Below the pieces are notes generated by a model, which was given only the letters and a program-made list of their open reading frames with translations, was not told where the DNA came from and made no database searches. A DNA stretch of 64,000 nucleotides from Carcharhinus amblyrhynchos (taxonomy: Eukaryota): the NCBI GenBank assembly GCA_965287045.1, contig OZ336888.1, positions 26,722,001 to 26,786,000 of the forward strand, read 5' to 3'. Positions within the stretch are counted from its first letter, which is position 1, and each line of letters starts with the position of its first letter. Below, one piece after another: positions 24,687 through 35,858 of this stretch. The translations under genes were made by a program, and so were the position numbers.

Positions 24687-24821
24687 GGTGCGATCTTACC
24701 TGCTGTTCACGCCACATTCCTGCTGCAGCAAAGTCAGAGAATTTGGCAGTTAGCTATATCTCTGTTCACTGTGGTAGGATGGGAAAATCCTGCCAGCGTG
24801 AACAGTGGTAAGATTCCGGCC
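24687..24821. mobile_element. MITE-like element of about 135 bp with terminal inverted repeats
   Basis: atcttacctgctgttcacgc ... gcgtgaacagtggtaagat; a second copy lies at 34527-34655. Confidence 0.7.
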
Positions 24822-25282
24822 TTTGTGTATGTTTGTGTATTAATGTGGCCATTTTGTCTATATATTATTTAATTGACGTTCTTGATCAGAAACACATGAA
24901 CTGTGCGTCTGTGTGGATGTAATACAAATTGATAATATGTAGATATACCTGTTACATTGTGACTGCCATGTTTTTAAACCATTTATACGCTATAAATGGC
25001 CAAATATTTAAGAACCAGAAGAGCTCAGCTGTAGTGCCTGGAATTACCCCTCAGCAGCCACTATTGCTGGAAGTCGCACATACATGGATATTGCCTAATA
25101 GTTTCAGCTTTCAACCATACAACTGCCAGGTAATGGCCACCTCCAGCAAGACAGAGTCTAATCATCTCCCTGTGACATTCAGTGATTACCATCAAAGAAT
25201 CCCCCACTGTCAACATCCTGCTGTCACCATTTACTGGAAACTTAACTGAGCCAGCCACACACATACTGTGGCTACAAAGCAG

Positions 25283-25549
25283 TCATGATGTGGAGTTTGT
25301 GTCTTTGTGCCCTGTTTGTGATCAGAACACAGTAAAAAGTCTGACAACACCAGGTTTAAGTCCAACCGATTTAACTTAAACCTGGTGTTGTCAGACTCTT
25401 TACTGTGTTTACCCCAGTCCAACGCCAGCACATCCACATTGTGATCAGAACTTCCACCCTTCTGACAAAGGAATGGCCAGTTCTGAAAGCTAGTGGCGTT
25501 TGCTACAAATAAACCTGTTGGACTTTAACCTGGTGTTGTGAGACTTCTT
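25283..25549 (+). mobile_element. Penelope-like pseudo-LTR remnant (outer element) with a decayed hammerhead
   Basis: CTGACAA-aggaatggccagttct-GAAAGCTA-gtgg...aaataaacctgttggactttaacctggtgttgtgagact. Confidence 0.7.
25329..25438 (+). mobile_element. Mini fold-back Penelope-terminus insertion with a 13-bp TSD
   Basis: 35-bp inverted arms at 25327-25361 and 25374-25408; ttgtgatcagaac at 25316-25328 and 25439-25451. Confidence 0.85.
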
Positions 25550-26193
25550 GCTATAAAGCAGGTCAGAGGCTGGGAATTTTGTGGCAAGGCACTCACCACC
25601 TGACTCCCCAGAGCCTGTCCATCAAGCCAGCAGTGTGCTGGAATGCTCTCCACTGGCCTGGATAACTGCAGCACTCAAGAAGCTCAACACAATCTAGGAC
25701 TAATCAGCTTGATGGATTGGCATCCCATCACCATCTTAAACATTCACGTCCTCCATTCCTGGCACACTGGCTGCAGCGTGTACCATCCCTGATATGCATA
25801 GCAGCGACTCACCAATTAAAGGTTTCTTCAACAACACTGTTCCATGACCTGTGCTGTCTAGACAGACACAGGCAGCAGGTGCATAGGAAAACTCCAATTC
25901 CCTTCTAAATCGCACATCATACTGACTCGGAAATGCATCACTGTGACTTTGACGAGTTGAAATCCTGGAACTCCCTACCTAACTGCAATGTGAGAGTACC
26001 TTCAAATGGAAAGCAGTGGTTAAAAGCAGCGGCTAATCATCACCAGAGAGTTAATTAGAGATGGGCCGCCTCACCTGTGATGCCCACCTACCATCCTCAA
26101 ATAATAAACAACTGTGTGGATCCTTATGGATAGCTAACTGTAAATCCTTCTGAAGCTCATACATGAAGGATGACCACTGGATTAAAGTGCAGG

Positions 26194-26385
26194 AAAAAGT
26201 CTGACAACACCAAGTTTAAATCCAACCGATTTATTTGATAGTAAACTCACTAGCTTTCGAGGTTTCCCTCTTCTTCAAACCTCAAACTAGTGAGTTCACT
26301 ATCAAATAAATCGGTTAGACTTAAACCTGGTGTTGTCAGACTTTTTACTGTGTTTACCCCAGTCCAACGCCGGCATATCCACGTC
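26194..26385 (+). mobile_element. Fold-back Penelope-terminus insertion with a 13-bp TSD and a hammerhead core on the - strand
   Basis: Inverted arms of about 60 bp; attaaagtgcagg at 26181-26193 and 26386-26398; same 3' extension accccagtccaacgcc as the 25329 element. Confidence 0.88.
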
Positions 26386-27291
26386 ATTAAAGTGCAGGGC
26401 CATGCATTAAGTTCATATTCCAGCCTATATTTTCAGTAGTTTGTGGTTATGGCCTTTGGTCCAATAATCCAGCCTTGTCTGAGGGTAATGTTCATGGTTC
26501 ACCTCATCTATAACATTTTGAAGTGTTTGAAAAAGGCCAGGAGACTCCATTTTTTTTAATACCTGCCATCAAAAAGGTTATCTCTGCTCACTGCCCATAT
26601 TGTCAACTGGATAGCTAGTCAATGTTTCATTCTGCAAGCTCAGTTCTCTGTTGTAAATTTATTATTCCATTTTGTGGAATTGACTAACTCGCACTTTATC
26701 TTTCCCCCTCATTATTTCAAAAACCATTTGCTGAACAGTGTCATTATAGGTTTCTTAGTTCTGCCTCTTCAAGCCGAAAGATTAAAGTGTGATAAAAGAG
26801 CTCTGAGGCGATTGTCCTTTGATAATTTTTGCAAGGCTACAGTTGGAGATAATGTTTCAAATGCACTTTGATGCATAAAAGTATTTGGAAGAAGCGAAAG
26901 AATGTTCTTCTTGTGATAAAATATGTGAAAGTTGCAGAATGATCCAAAGTCCTCTCAGGGTAAGGTCAATTAAAAATGTATTAATTTCGGAACATTCACA
27001 AAGAATGGGCTTAATAAATGTTTGATGAGAGTAGTAATTAGTGGTGATCAGCTTAACTATAGAATGTGGAGTTTTAAGTCTTTTGGCTGTTTTCACTTTG
27101 ATCAATGAGTCTGACCTTTGATTAAATGGAAACTAATTGTTAAACTTTTTAAATGTCACAGCTGTTATCCTAGAGTTGCTGTCATTACAATCTGATTTTT
27201 TTTAAACTGTGCATCATCTTATCAGTAACTTTGGTTATGTAGGGATTCATTTAAATGTGACCTGAATGGACATAATGCAACAGGTCCTGGA

Positions 27292-27705
27292 GTGGCACAG
27301 TGGCACAATTTTTAAGCACTGCTGCCTCACAGCTCCAGAACATCCAGAGGAAACCCACGCAGACACGGGAGAATGTGCAGCCTCTGCACACAGTGTTTGA
27401 AGCCAGGAATCGACCTGGGTTTGATTCCTGGCTTCAGTTATTGTGTGCAGAATCTGCACATTCTCCCCATGTCTGTGTGGGTTTCCTCTGGGGGCTCTGG
27501 TCTCCTCCCACAGTCCAAAAGACGTGCTAGTTAGGTGTATTGGCCATGCTAAATTGCCCCTTAGTGTCCCTGGATGTGTAGATTAAAGGGATTAGTGGGG
27601 TAAATATGTGGGGTTACAGGGATAGGGCTAGATGGATTTGTTATCGGTGCAGACTCAATGGGCCAAATAGTCGTCTCCTGCACTGTAGAGATTCTGTGAT
27701 ATGAT
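27292..27705 (+). mobile_element. HE1-type SINE with an internal inverted duplication
   Basis: Head, then an inverted V-core segment, then the normal body and tail. Confidence 0.85.
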
Positions 27706-28142
27706 AGATCTTGTCTACTTGTCACAAAGGAAGGGGAAGACTGGAACACTCCCCCCAACTTGATAATGTTGTTTAATAAAGGATGAGAAGAGACAAATTA
27801 AAACAGAATGTGCCGGATGTTTTTGACCAGCTGTGTGTGTTTCCAACATTTGCTGCTGTTTATTGTTTCAGACTTCCAGTTCTAACATTTTATATTTTAC
27901 TTACCAGTACACTTATACTTACCATAGTTCCAAGTCCCTTAAAAGGATATGAGAGCAAAACTTCGCACGTTTGTGATAAATGTAGACAAATGTAGTTGCA
28001 TAAGACTCTCTTTAAAAATGAAGAAGGTTGAGGGGTGACTGAGACGCCAGTATTTAACATTGAGCAAGTTTTGCTGGAGTGGATAGGGAGAGAATGATTC
28101 CTCTTGTGGGGAAGAGCATCACTAGAGACCATCAATATTAGA

Positions 28143-28455
28143 GCAGCATTGTGGGACAATGGTTAGCAGTGTTGCCTCATGGCACCAGGGACCCGGGTTC
28201 AATTCTGGCCTCGGCTGACTGTATGGAATTTGTGTTCTCCCCATTTCTGCATGGGTTTCCTTTGAGTGCTCTGTTTTCCTCCCACAGTCCAAAGATGTGC
28301 AGGTTAGGTTGATTGGCCATGCTAAATTGCCCCTTAATGTCAGGGAGACTAGCAGTGCAAATTTGTGGGTTTACAGGGATCGGGCCTGAGTGGGATTTTG
28401 TCGATGCAGGCTCGATGGGCTGAATGGCCTCCTTCCACACTGTAGGGATTCTATG
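28143..28455 (+). mobile_element. HE1-type V-SINE, full length
   Basis: Head, V-core and gggattctatga tail are all present. Confidence 0.9.
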
Positions 28456-28664
28456 AAAATAAGGTAGTCGCTAAGAAGTCCCATCAACATCCAGAAAAAA
28501 CATCTTTACCTAAAAAGTGGTAAGAATGTGGAATTTGTTAGCATGGGGAGTGGTTGAAGTAAATAGTGTATAGATACATTTAAGGATAAGTTAGGTAAGC
28601 ATATGAAGGAGAAGTGAATAGAGGTTACAATGATAGAGTTAAATAAGGAAAAATAGGAGGTGGC

Positions 28665-29116
28665 ATTTACAAAGATGTTGCCTGGATTGGGAGGCATGCC
28701 TTATGAAGATAGGTTGAGGGAGCTAGGTCTCCTCTCCCTGGAGAGATGAAGGTTGAGACGCGACCTGATAGAGGTTTATAAAATGTTGAGAGGGATAGGT
28801 AAGGTGGATTCTCGGAGGCTATTTCGCAGGGCTGAAATGGTCGCTATGAGGGGACACAGGTTTAAGTTGCTGGGAAGCAAGTACAGAGGAGATGTTAGGG
28901 GAAAGTTTTTCACTGAGGGTGGTGAGTGAGTGGAATAGTCTGCCGTAGGTGGTGGTAGAGGCACACTCACTGGGGTCTTTTAAAAGACTTCTGGATGAGT
29001 ATATGGGATCTAATGGCATTGGGAGCTACAGATAGTTCTATGGCTTGGTAGGTATAGATGTGATCGGCGCAACTTGTGGGCCGAAGGGCCTGTTTGTGCT
29101 GTGGTGTTCTATGTTC
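28665..29116 (+). mobile_element. CR1 LINE 3' end
   Basis: FTKMLPGLGGMPYEDRLRELGL.SLER.RLRRDLIEVYKML; tail gggccgaagggcctgtttgtgctgtggtgttctatgttc. Confidence 0.85.
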
Positions 29117-29220
29117 ATTAAGACTGGCATAGAGTGGTTGAGCCGAATGGCCTGTTTCTGCACCATATATCCTATGTGAACACTTTAAATTAAATCACTA
29201 TCTTTGTTTAAAAAGGGCTG

Positions 29221-30478
29221 CATTGTTGTTCCTTTGTTTAAAAAGGGCCACAGGGAAAAGCCTGGGAACTACAGGCCAGTGAGCCCCTCATCTGTGATAG
29301 GTAAATTGTTGGAAGTATTTTGAGAGACAGGATCTACAGGCATTTAGAGACACAAGGATTGATTAGGGAAAGTCAGCATGGTAGGTTGTTGCATAAGGTT
29401 AAATCTCATGGGATCCAGGAAGAGGTATCTAAATGGAGGGTGGTTGTAGAGAGTTGTTTTTCAAACTGGACGCCTGTGACCAGCGGTGTGCCTCAGGGAT
29501 CAGCGCTGAGTCCGTTATTATTTGTCCTCTATATTAATGATTTGGATGAGAATATAGGAAGTATGGGTAGTAAGTTTGCAGATGACGCTAAGGTTGGTGG
29601 CTTTGGGACAGCGAAGAAAGTTATCTCAATTGCAACGGGATCTTGAGCAATTGGCCAATGAGCTGATGAATGACAGATGGAGTTTAATTTATACAAATGC
29701 AAGGTGATGCATTTGGTAGATTGAACCAGGGCAGGTCATACTCAGTTAATGGTAGGGTTTGGGGAGTGTTGCAGAACAAAGAGACCTAGGGGTACATGTT
29801 CATAGCTCCTTGAAAATGGAGTCACAGGTGAACAGAGTGGTGAAGAAGGCATTTGGCATGCTTGGTTTCATCAGTCAACATTGAATACAGGAATTGGAAT
29901 GTCTTGTTGAAGTTGTACAAGACACTAAGGCCAATATCACTTAAAATACTGTGTGCAGTTCTGGTCACCCTATTATAGAAAGAATATTATTAAACTAGAA
30001 AGAAAAGATTTACTAGGATGCTCCTGGGACTTGATGGATTGAGTTATGAGGTGAGGTTGGATAGACTGGGACTTTTTTCTCTGGAGCATAGGAGGCTGAG
30101 GGATGATCTTATAAAGGTCTATAAAATAATGAGGGGCTCAGATCAGTTAGATAGTCAATATCTTTTCCCAAAGGTAAGGGAGTCTAAAACTAGAGGACAT
30201 AGGGTTAAGGTGAGAGGGGAGACATACAAAAGTGTTCAGAGGGGCAATTTTTCAGAGGGTGGTGAGTGTCGGGAACAAGCTGCCAGAGGTGGTAGTAGAG
30301 GTGGGTGCAATTTTATCTTTTAAGAAGCATTTAAGTAGTTACATGGGTATGACAGGTATAGAGGGATATGGGCCAAATGCGGGCAATTGGGATTAGCTTA
30401 TGTGGTTTTAAAAAAAAGGGTGGCATGGACAAATTGGGCAGAAGGGGCTGTTTCCATGCTGTAAACTCTGACTCTATA
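29221..30478 (+). mobile_element. 5'-truncated CR1 LINE with RT remnants
   Basis: [61 protein letters not shown]; contains stops and frameshifts. Confidence 0.92.
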
Positions 30479-31794
30479 ATAAATATTCTTCATTCATTGT
30501 TCATACAACAATATGGATTGTTTCTTCACTGGGTTGTGCATTGTTCCTCATATAAAACCCCCCAAAAAACCACACATGCCACTATGAACCGGCGTTCCAA
30601 GTTGTCCTTCTGGGTTGTAGGATTCCCTCGCATTTAATATCAACTTGGTTTGTAACACCGCTAATAAGAAAAAGTATCCAGAGAAACTCGAATTGTTACA
30701 TCCATATCAGAGAAAATAATCTTGTCACTCTATTAGACAGAACTCTAAATCATGCTTATGCACTATAGCTTTTCCCTTGTTAATCTTGAGTGGATCATGC
30801 TCTAAAACTACAAGGTGCATTTTATAACATTATATCATTCTGGACACCATTACCACCCAGTCATTTGTATCTGAAAATGCTGGGACTAATCTATAACCCT
30901 TCATTTAATAAAGTAAAATCTATTTACTTGATGAGATATATCAGTGAAATACTCCATAAATCATTCTGAAATTATCTTTCCATTGAAAACGAGAGTTAAT
31001 TCCACCTGATGCCTTGCAAGGCAGCTCTTAAATTTCACTATTGAAGTTGTGTTTCTGTCTCTTACTCGCTAGTTGGTTGATTCTGAATTGATGAAATTGA
31101 TCTGAGTATAATCAGGTGCTTCCACCAAAGTCAATTACTGCATCTTGAAATTAATCTAAATCCGTTTACGCTGCAGCACCATCAGTGCATTACTGTCAAG
31201 TACAAAAATTCATCTCATTCTCCAAACTTCTGGCTTTTTCCAAGATGCCGACTTAGTTCAGCATGGTTTTGTTCCTTCAAGAAACTATCTTGCAGATGGG
31301 AGTTGAGACAGTGAGTGTTGGGAATGAGCCTCAGGTTTTTGGGCTAATTGTGGTGTTTCTTATTCTGCACCGGCTGAAATCAGACAGATTAACCAATGCT
31401 TCCTTTTATCATGATGAAGAGGCCAGCTTTTCACAACCAAGGTGGTGTTCTATATATATGGTGTCTGTCACTTTTTAAGATGGTACAGCAGAAGTGTGTT
31501 ACCTGACTTGAGACACCAATGGAAACTGACATGATCACATCAGAGGGTGGAGTCCTCTCTCAGAAGAATCTTCTGGAACATTGGCCTCAACGTGTAGAAC
31601 TAGGAATTTGCCCCAGGGCAACCTTTGTGCTGCATGAACCTCCTGTACCTAAGTTTCCCCATTCAATAAATACCCTCCTTGTTCCAAACAAGGTCAGAAA
31701 CCCCTCATAATTCCAGATGTCAGCCACACAAAATATATAACAGGAGGCCACTGGATAATGGAAAGGTGGCTCCTTGAAAGGGAGCAAAGACTAG

Positions 31795-32078
31795 TTAAAC
31801 TTTTTAAGTTTATTTATTAGTGTTACAAGCAGGCTTATATTAACACTGCAAAGAAGTTACTGTGAAAATCCCCTAGCTGTCATACTCCGGCACTTGTTCA
31901 GATGCACTGAAGGAGAATTTAACATGGGCATTGCACCTCATCAGCCTGTCTTTTGGGCTGTAGGAGGAAACTGGAGCACTGGAGATAATCCACAGAGACT
32001 GTACAGATAGTGATCCAAGCCAAGAATCGAACCCGGGTCCCTAGCACTTAAGGCAGCAGTGCCAACCACTGTGCCACT
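31795..32078 (-). mobile_element. V-SINE with an HE1-like head and an alternative 3' tail
   Basis: The reverse strand has head gtggcacagtggttggcactgctgcc and tail gcagtgttaatataagcctgcttgtaacactaataaataaactt; same family as 55767. Confidence 0.8.
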
Positions 32079-33532
32079 GAGGTAGTTTTTTAATTCTTCT
32101 GCAGATACCTGCAGTATTTTGATACAATATACATTCTCTGCAATATGAGGCATTTTGTAGGAGTCAGAAATTTTCCAGCGTAGTTTTATAACCTGTTTTG
32201 CATGAATAAAAACACATCCAAATCCCCACATGTACTGAAGAATGCACAGTTTCCAGGGCGCTGATTCTTCCAGCACCCAACCACAGTGTTGTAGAGGACA
32301 CCCAGGGCACATTTAGTCCAGGTTTCATTTTGTTAAGAGCTGTGCTCCATCGCGACTGAATGCAGTGTCAGACCTGGGAGTCTCTGGCATCTGTGGCAGC
32401 AGCTAGTTTAATGTTTGTTGTAGCTCTGACACCGTGAAACAAAATCACATAATCGTTAGCCGCGGGCTATAGGTTCGGCCACGGTCATTAGCGTGTCCTG
32501 GACGGTGCTTCTGTTCTCACAATGAATGTAGCTTACCCCACTGCTAACGACTGTGAGGCCTTTGTGTAGATGCACACTGCATTTTACTACAACCTCTGAC
32601 TGACCTAGACATGCTTGGTAATCTGTGAAGCAAAATTGTTGCCCAAGCTGCAAAATTATAGGTTCTTGATTCAAATCAAAATGGGGCACACGCTCAATGG
32701 TACTTACTGTAATGAAGTGTATTGAACAGCCGTAGCCTAGCTTTCAAACAGTATGCAGATTCCTCCTTCCTGCCTGGGCTAATGATACAGCTGTGTACAG
32801 AGCTGACAGGCCTAGATGACTTCTCTGCAGGGGTGCGGCATTCACCTGGTGATAGCAACTGTGACATTTATTTGCTGCAAGTATCAAATGAAGACGAAAA
32901 AGGGAGCACGACGTGACTTAAAAAAAATCCAATTGAGTAATCAAAGGTTACACAGACTGTAAATTATTAAATGGTACATTAAGTCCTTTATTGCAGTTGG
33001 CTGAGAAGTGTGGTATTTGCTGAGTGACACGGACCACTTCTGTCACAAAGGGCCAGGATTCACTGTCAGAATAATGGCTGGGCTAATGGTGCAATTTAGG
33101 CACAAACCACAGCTCAACTTCATATGAGGGGAAGATGCATAGCTGAAGATGAAAAAATAGCAGTTCCTGTCCACTGTGTGATGCTCCACCGTTAGCGTTG
33201 CATAAGTGACATCTCATTGTCTGCCTTACTATTGACATGCATTATGGCGTGAAGTTCCTGTAATTTGCAAAGTGGATATGAGCTAAATCTGCCATTGAGG
33301 CGCTCCTCCATTTGTCTAACTACCTTTTTCAACTGTGTGACTGGTCTAAATTACTGTCAGTCAACAACTCTAGCACTAAAAATTGCTCTTTACAAGTGTG
33401 GTGTCTTATTCCTTCAGATTTTAATTGATGGTTTCAAAATAAAAATCTGCCTGTCATCTCTCTCGAGGCAATTTTTTTTCCCTGATCCCAGTCCCATAAT
33501 GTAATCATGTGTTACAAGAAAACTTTGGGCAG

Positions 33533-34142
33533 AATAACAAACGACCAGCACAGGAACAGGCCCTTCGGCCCTCCAAGCCCATGCTGGTCATGATGCTCTA
33601 ACTAAATTTAAGAAAAACATTCCGTCCATAGTTGGTCTGCATCACTCTATCCCCTCCCTATTCATGTACCCATCCAGATGCCTGTTAAATGTTGCTAATA
33701 TGCCTGATACCACCACCACCACCACCTCTGGCAGAGCGTTCCAGGCATCCATCATTCTCGGTGTGAAAAAGTGCCCCTGCACATCTCCCTTAAACTTTCC
33801 CCCTGTCACCATGAACCTGTGTCCCCTTGTAATTGTCATTCTGGAAAAAAAAGCCTCTGACTATCCACCCTATCTATGCCCCTCTTAATTTTCTACAACT
33901 CTATCAGATCTCCCCTCAGTCTCCATCTTTCCGGTGAAAACAATCTTGATTTATTCAACCTGTCCTCATAATCAATACCCTCAAAACAAGTCTATATCTT
34001 GGTGAACCTTCTTTACACTTTCTCGAAAGCTTCCACATCTTTCTGGTAGTATGACGACCAAAACGGCATGCAGTACTCCAAATGCGGCCTAACCAAGGTT
34101 TTACATGCCTGCAACATGATTTCCCAACTCTTGCACTCAATG
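33533..34142 (-). mobile_element. CR1 LINE 3' portion
   Basis: LVRPHLEYCMPFWS, TRGHRFMVTGGKFKGDVQGHFFT...AWNALP. Confidence 0.9.
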
Positions 34143-34526
34143 GAATCTTGTTGGAGAACTGATGGGAGATCCGTATTGCTGCCCCTTGTGAATGCCTGCT
34201 GATTCACATGGTAATCAGGCAGTGGCAAGGTCAGCGGTGGGTATTGCCCCGGAACCCAAACCTCTGGGATAGAAGTCTCACCTGCCTAGAGTTGACAGCC
34301 AGTCAGAAGCCAGCAGCCCTTGTACTCAGCAGTGCTACTGAGGAAGCTGTGGGTGCTTCTGGAATGGCAGGGATCCCAGTATGGTGGAGCAGCCCAGGCC
34401 ACAGATAAATAATGTGGTGAGGCGTTTCACAGAGTTGGGGAGTGTGGTGTTGGCTGGTCAGCAGTGATCAGCCCTCAGCAGGCATCCTGCATTTCCTGAT
34501 GTTCAGTCTCTCGATCAGAGACTGAA

Positions 34527-34655
34527 GGTGTAATCTTGCCTGCTGTTGATAACACTCCCGCTGCGGCGAGATCAGAGAATTTGGTGGTCAGCCAAATCTG
34601 CGTTCACTGCAGCAGGATGGGAAAATCCTGCCAGAGTGGTGATAAGATTCTGGCC
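34527..34655. mobile_element. MITE-like element (second copy of the 24687 family)
   Basis: Shared internal agagaatttgg...gttcactg...ggatgggaaaatcctgccag and termini atctt..ctgctgtt / taagattc.ggcc. Confidence 0.7.
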
Positions 34656-34827
34656 TGAATGTCTTTGAGGGACAACCTCCTTGGTGGCAAACCTGGCTGC
34701 ACGGTTTTCCATGTTGTGTGGGTGCCTGATAGGCTTGCCAGCAGCTGGATGATGGGATGACGGCCTTAAATAATCAATAATTGGCCATTTAAGAGTGTCA
34801 ATTTGCATTAGAGCTGGACTTGTAAAC

Positions 34828-34952
34828 ATAAGATCGCTACAGTGCAGAAGGGGGCCATTTGGCCCATCAAGTCTGGACTGTCGACAATCCCACACAGGCC
34901 CTATCCCCATAATCCCATGTATTAGCCCTGCTAATCTCCCTGACACTATGCC
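34828..34952 (-). mobile_element. HE1-type SINE 3' fragment
   Basis: ctacagtgcagaagggggccatttggcccatc...ccctgacacta. Confidence 0.8.
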
Positions 34953-35689
34953 AATTAAGGTCCACCATGAATCGTCCCACTCAAAACTTCTGATGGTCGG
35001 GTTCCTGTGTGTCACTCTTCTGCATCAGTGTCCTTCCAGCCTCCCAATTCGCTACCAGCCCGAGCACAAGATTACAGCCATAAAATACTGCGTAGCAAAG
35101 TTGATGAACACACGGGTCATTAGTTGTTGACTCATTCTCTTTCCCAACAGTAACCTCCAACATGTTTTTGGATCCTCATCATGGCAGAGACACAGGTGTA
35201 CTGACGTATTTTGGTTTTTATTTCAGACTGTCTCTGGAGATGATAGATTTGGCATGTGTATATTATTAATCGGAGCTCAGTTGGAAACGTGTTTTCAGCG
35301 AACTCTATGATTTCTCTTTACTTATCTCCCAGTTGTACCAGAGGGGTGAATTTCTTCAAAAGAATTTCACCACTCTTCTGACAATTCATCTTACAAAACA
35401 GCGATTTGCATTTATTTAACTTGTTAATGTGGATAAAGATTCGAAAGTGTTTCTCTGAAGGATAATCAGAAAGAAAAGGCTGCTGAGTCAAAGATGGAAA
35501 TGTTAGGCGGTGACCTAAAGTTTGCACTGTAGGTCACCTAAAGTGGTGATTTAAGGGCCTAAAATGAGATGTGGAAAGGTTTATGGAGAGAATTAGAGAC
35601 CAGGGCCTCCAGTGGACTGAAGGCTGAGCATCAATAGTAGAATAAAGGAAAGTGGATTTGGAGAATTTGAGTGGGATTGTAGGTTTGTA

Positions 35690-35858
35690 GTCCAAAGATG
35701 TGTGGGTTGATGGATAAGCTATGCTAAAATTGCCCCTTAGTGTCAGGGGGACTAGCTAGGGTGAATGTTTGTGGATTGTGGGGATAGTGCCTGGGTGGGA
35801 TTGTGGACTTGATGGGCCAAATGGCTTCCTGCACTGTAGGATTCTATAATTCTATGAT
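35690..35858 (+). mobile_element. HE1-type SINE 3' half, within an old L2-like remnant (about 35505-36100, - strand)
   Basis: gtccaaagatgtgtgggtt...gcactgtaggattctataattctatgatt. Confidence 0.8.

Larger units (their letters stand above)
25110..26110 (+). mobile_element. Older copy of the 24060-type LINE, interrupted at 25283-25549
   Basis: RT-like fragments (ITIKESPTVNIL, KLN, AGQRLGIL, HLTPQSLS, LECSPLAW, KSWNSLPN). gcta(c/t)aaagcag is duplicated on both sides of the interruption. Confidence 0.7.
28075..29176 (+). mobile_element. Old CR1 3' end interrupted by a SINE (28143-28455) and a younger CR1 (28665-29116)
   Basis: DRERMIPLVGKSITRDHQY precedes the SINE; FFT..VVRMWN-like sequence follows it; tail gagccgaatggcctgtttctg follows the inner CR1. 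Confidence 0.65.

Noticed and set aside
25327-26346. Hairpins as pre-miRNAs, CRISPR repeats or DNA-transposon TIRs
   Set aside because: The asymmetric 3' extension beyond the inverted arms, variable fold-back points and hammerhead core fit PLE termini. There is no repeat-spacer periodicity, and the context is eukaryotic.
32490-32515. REST/RE1-like half sites on the - strand (AGCACC…GGACA)
   Set aside because: Spacing and flanks do not fit the canonical RE1 motif.
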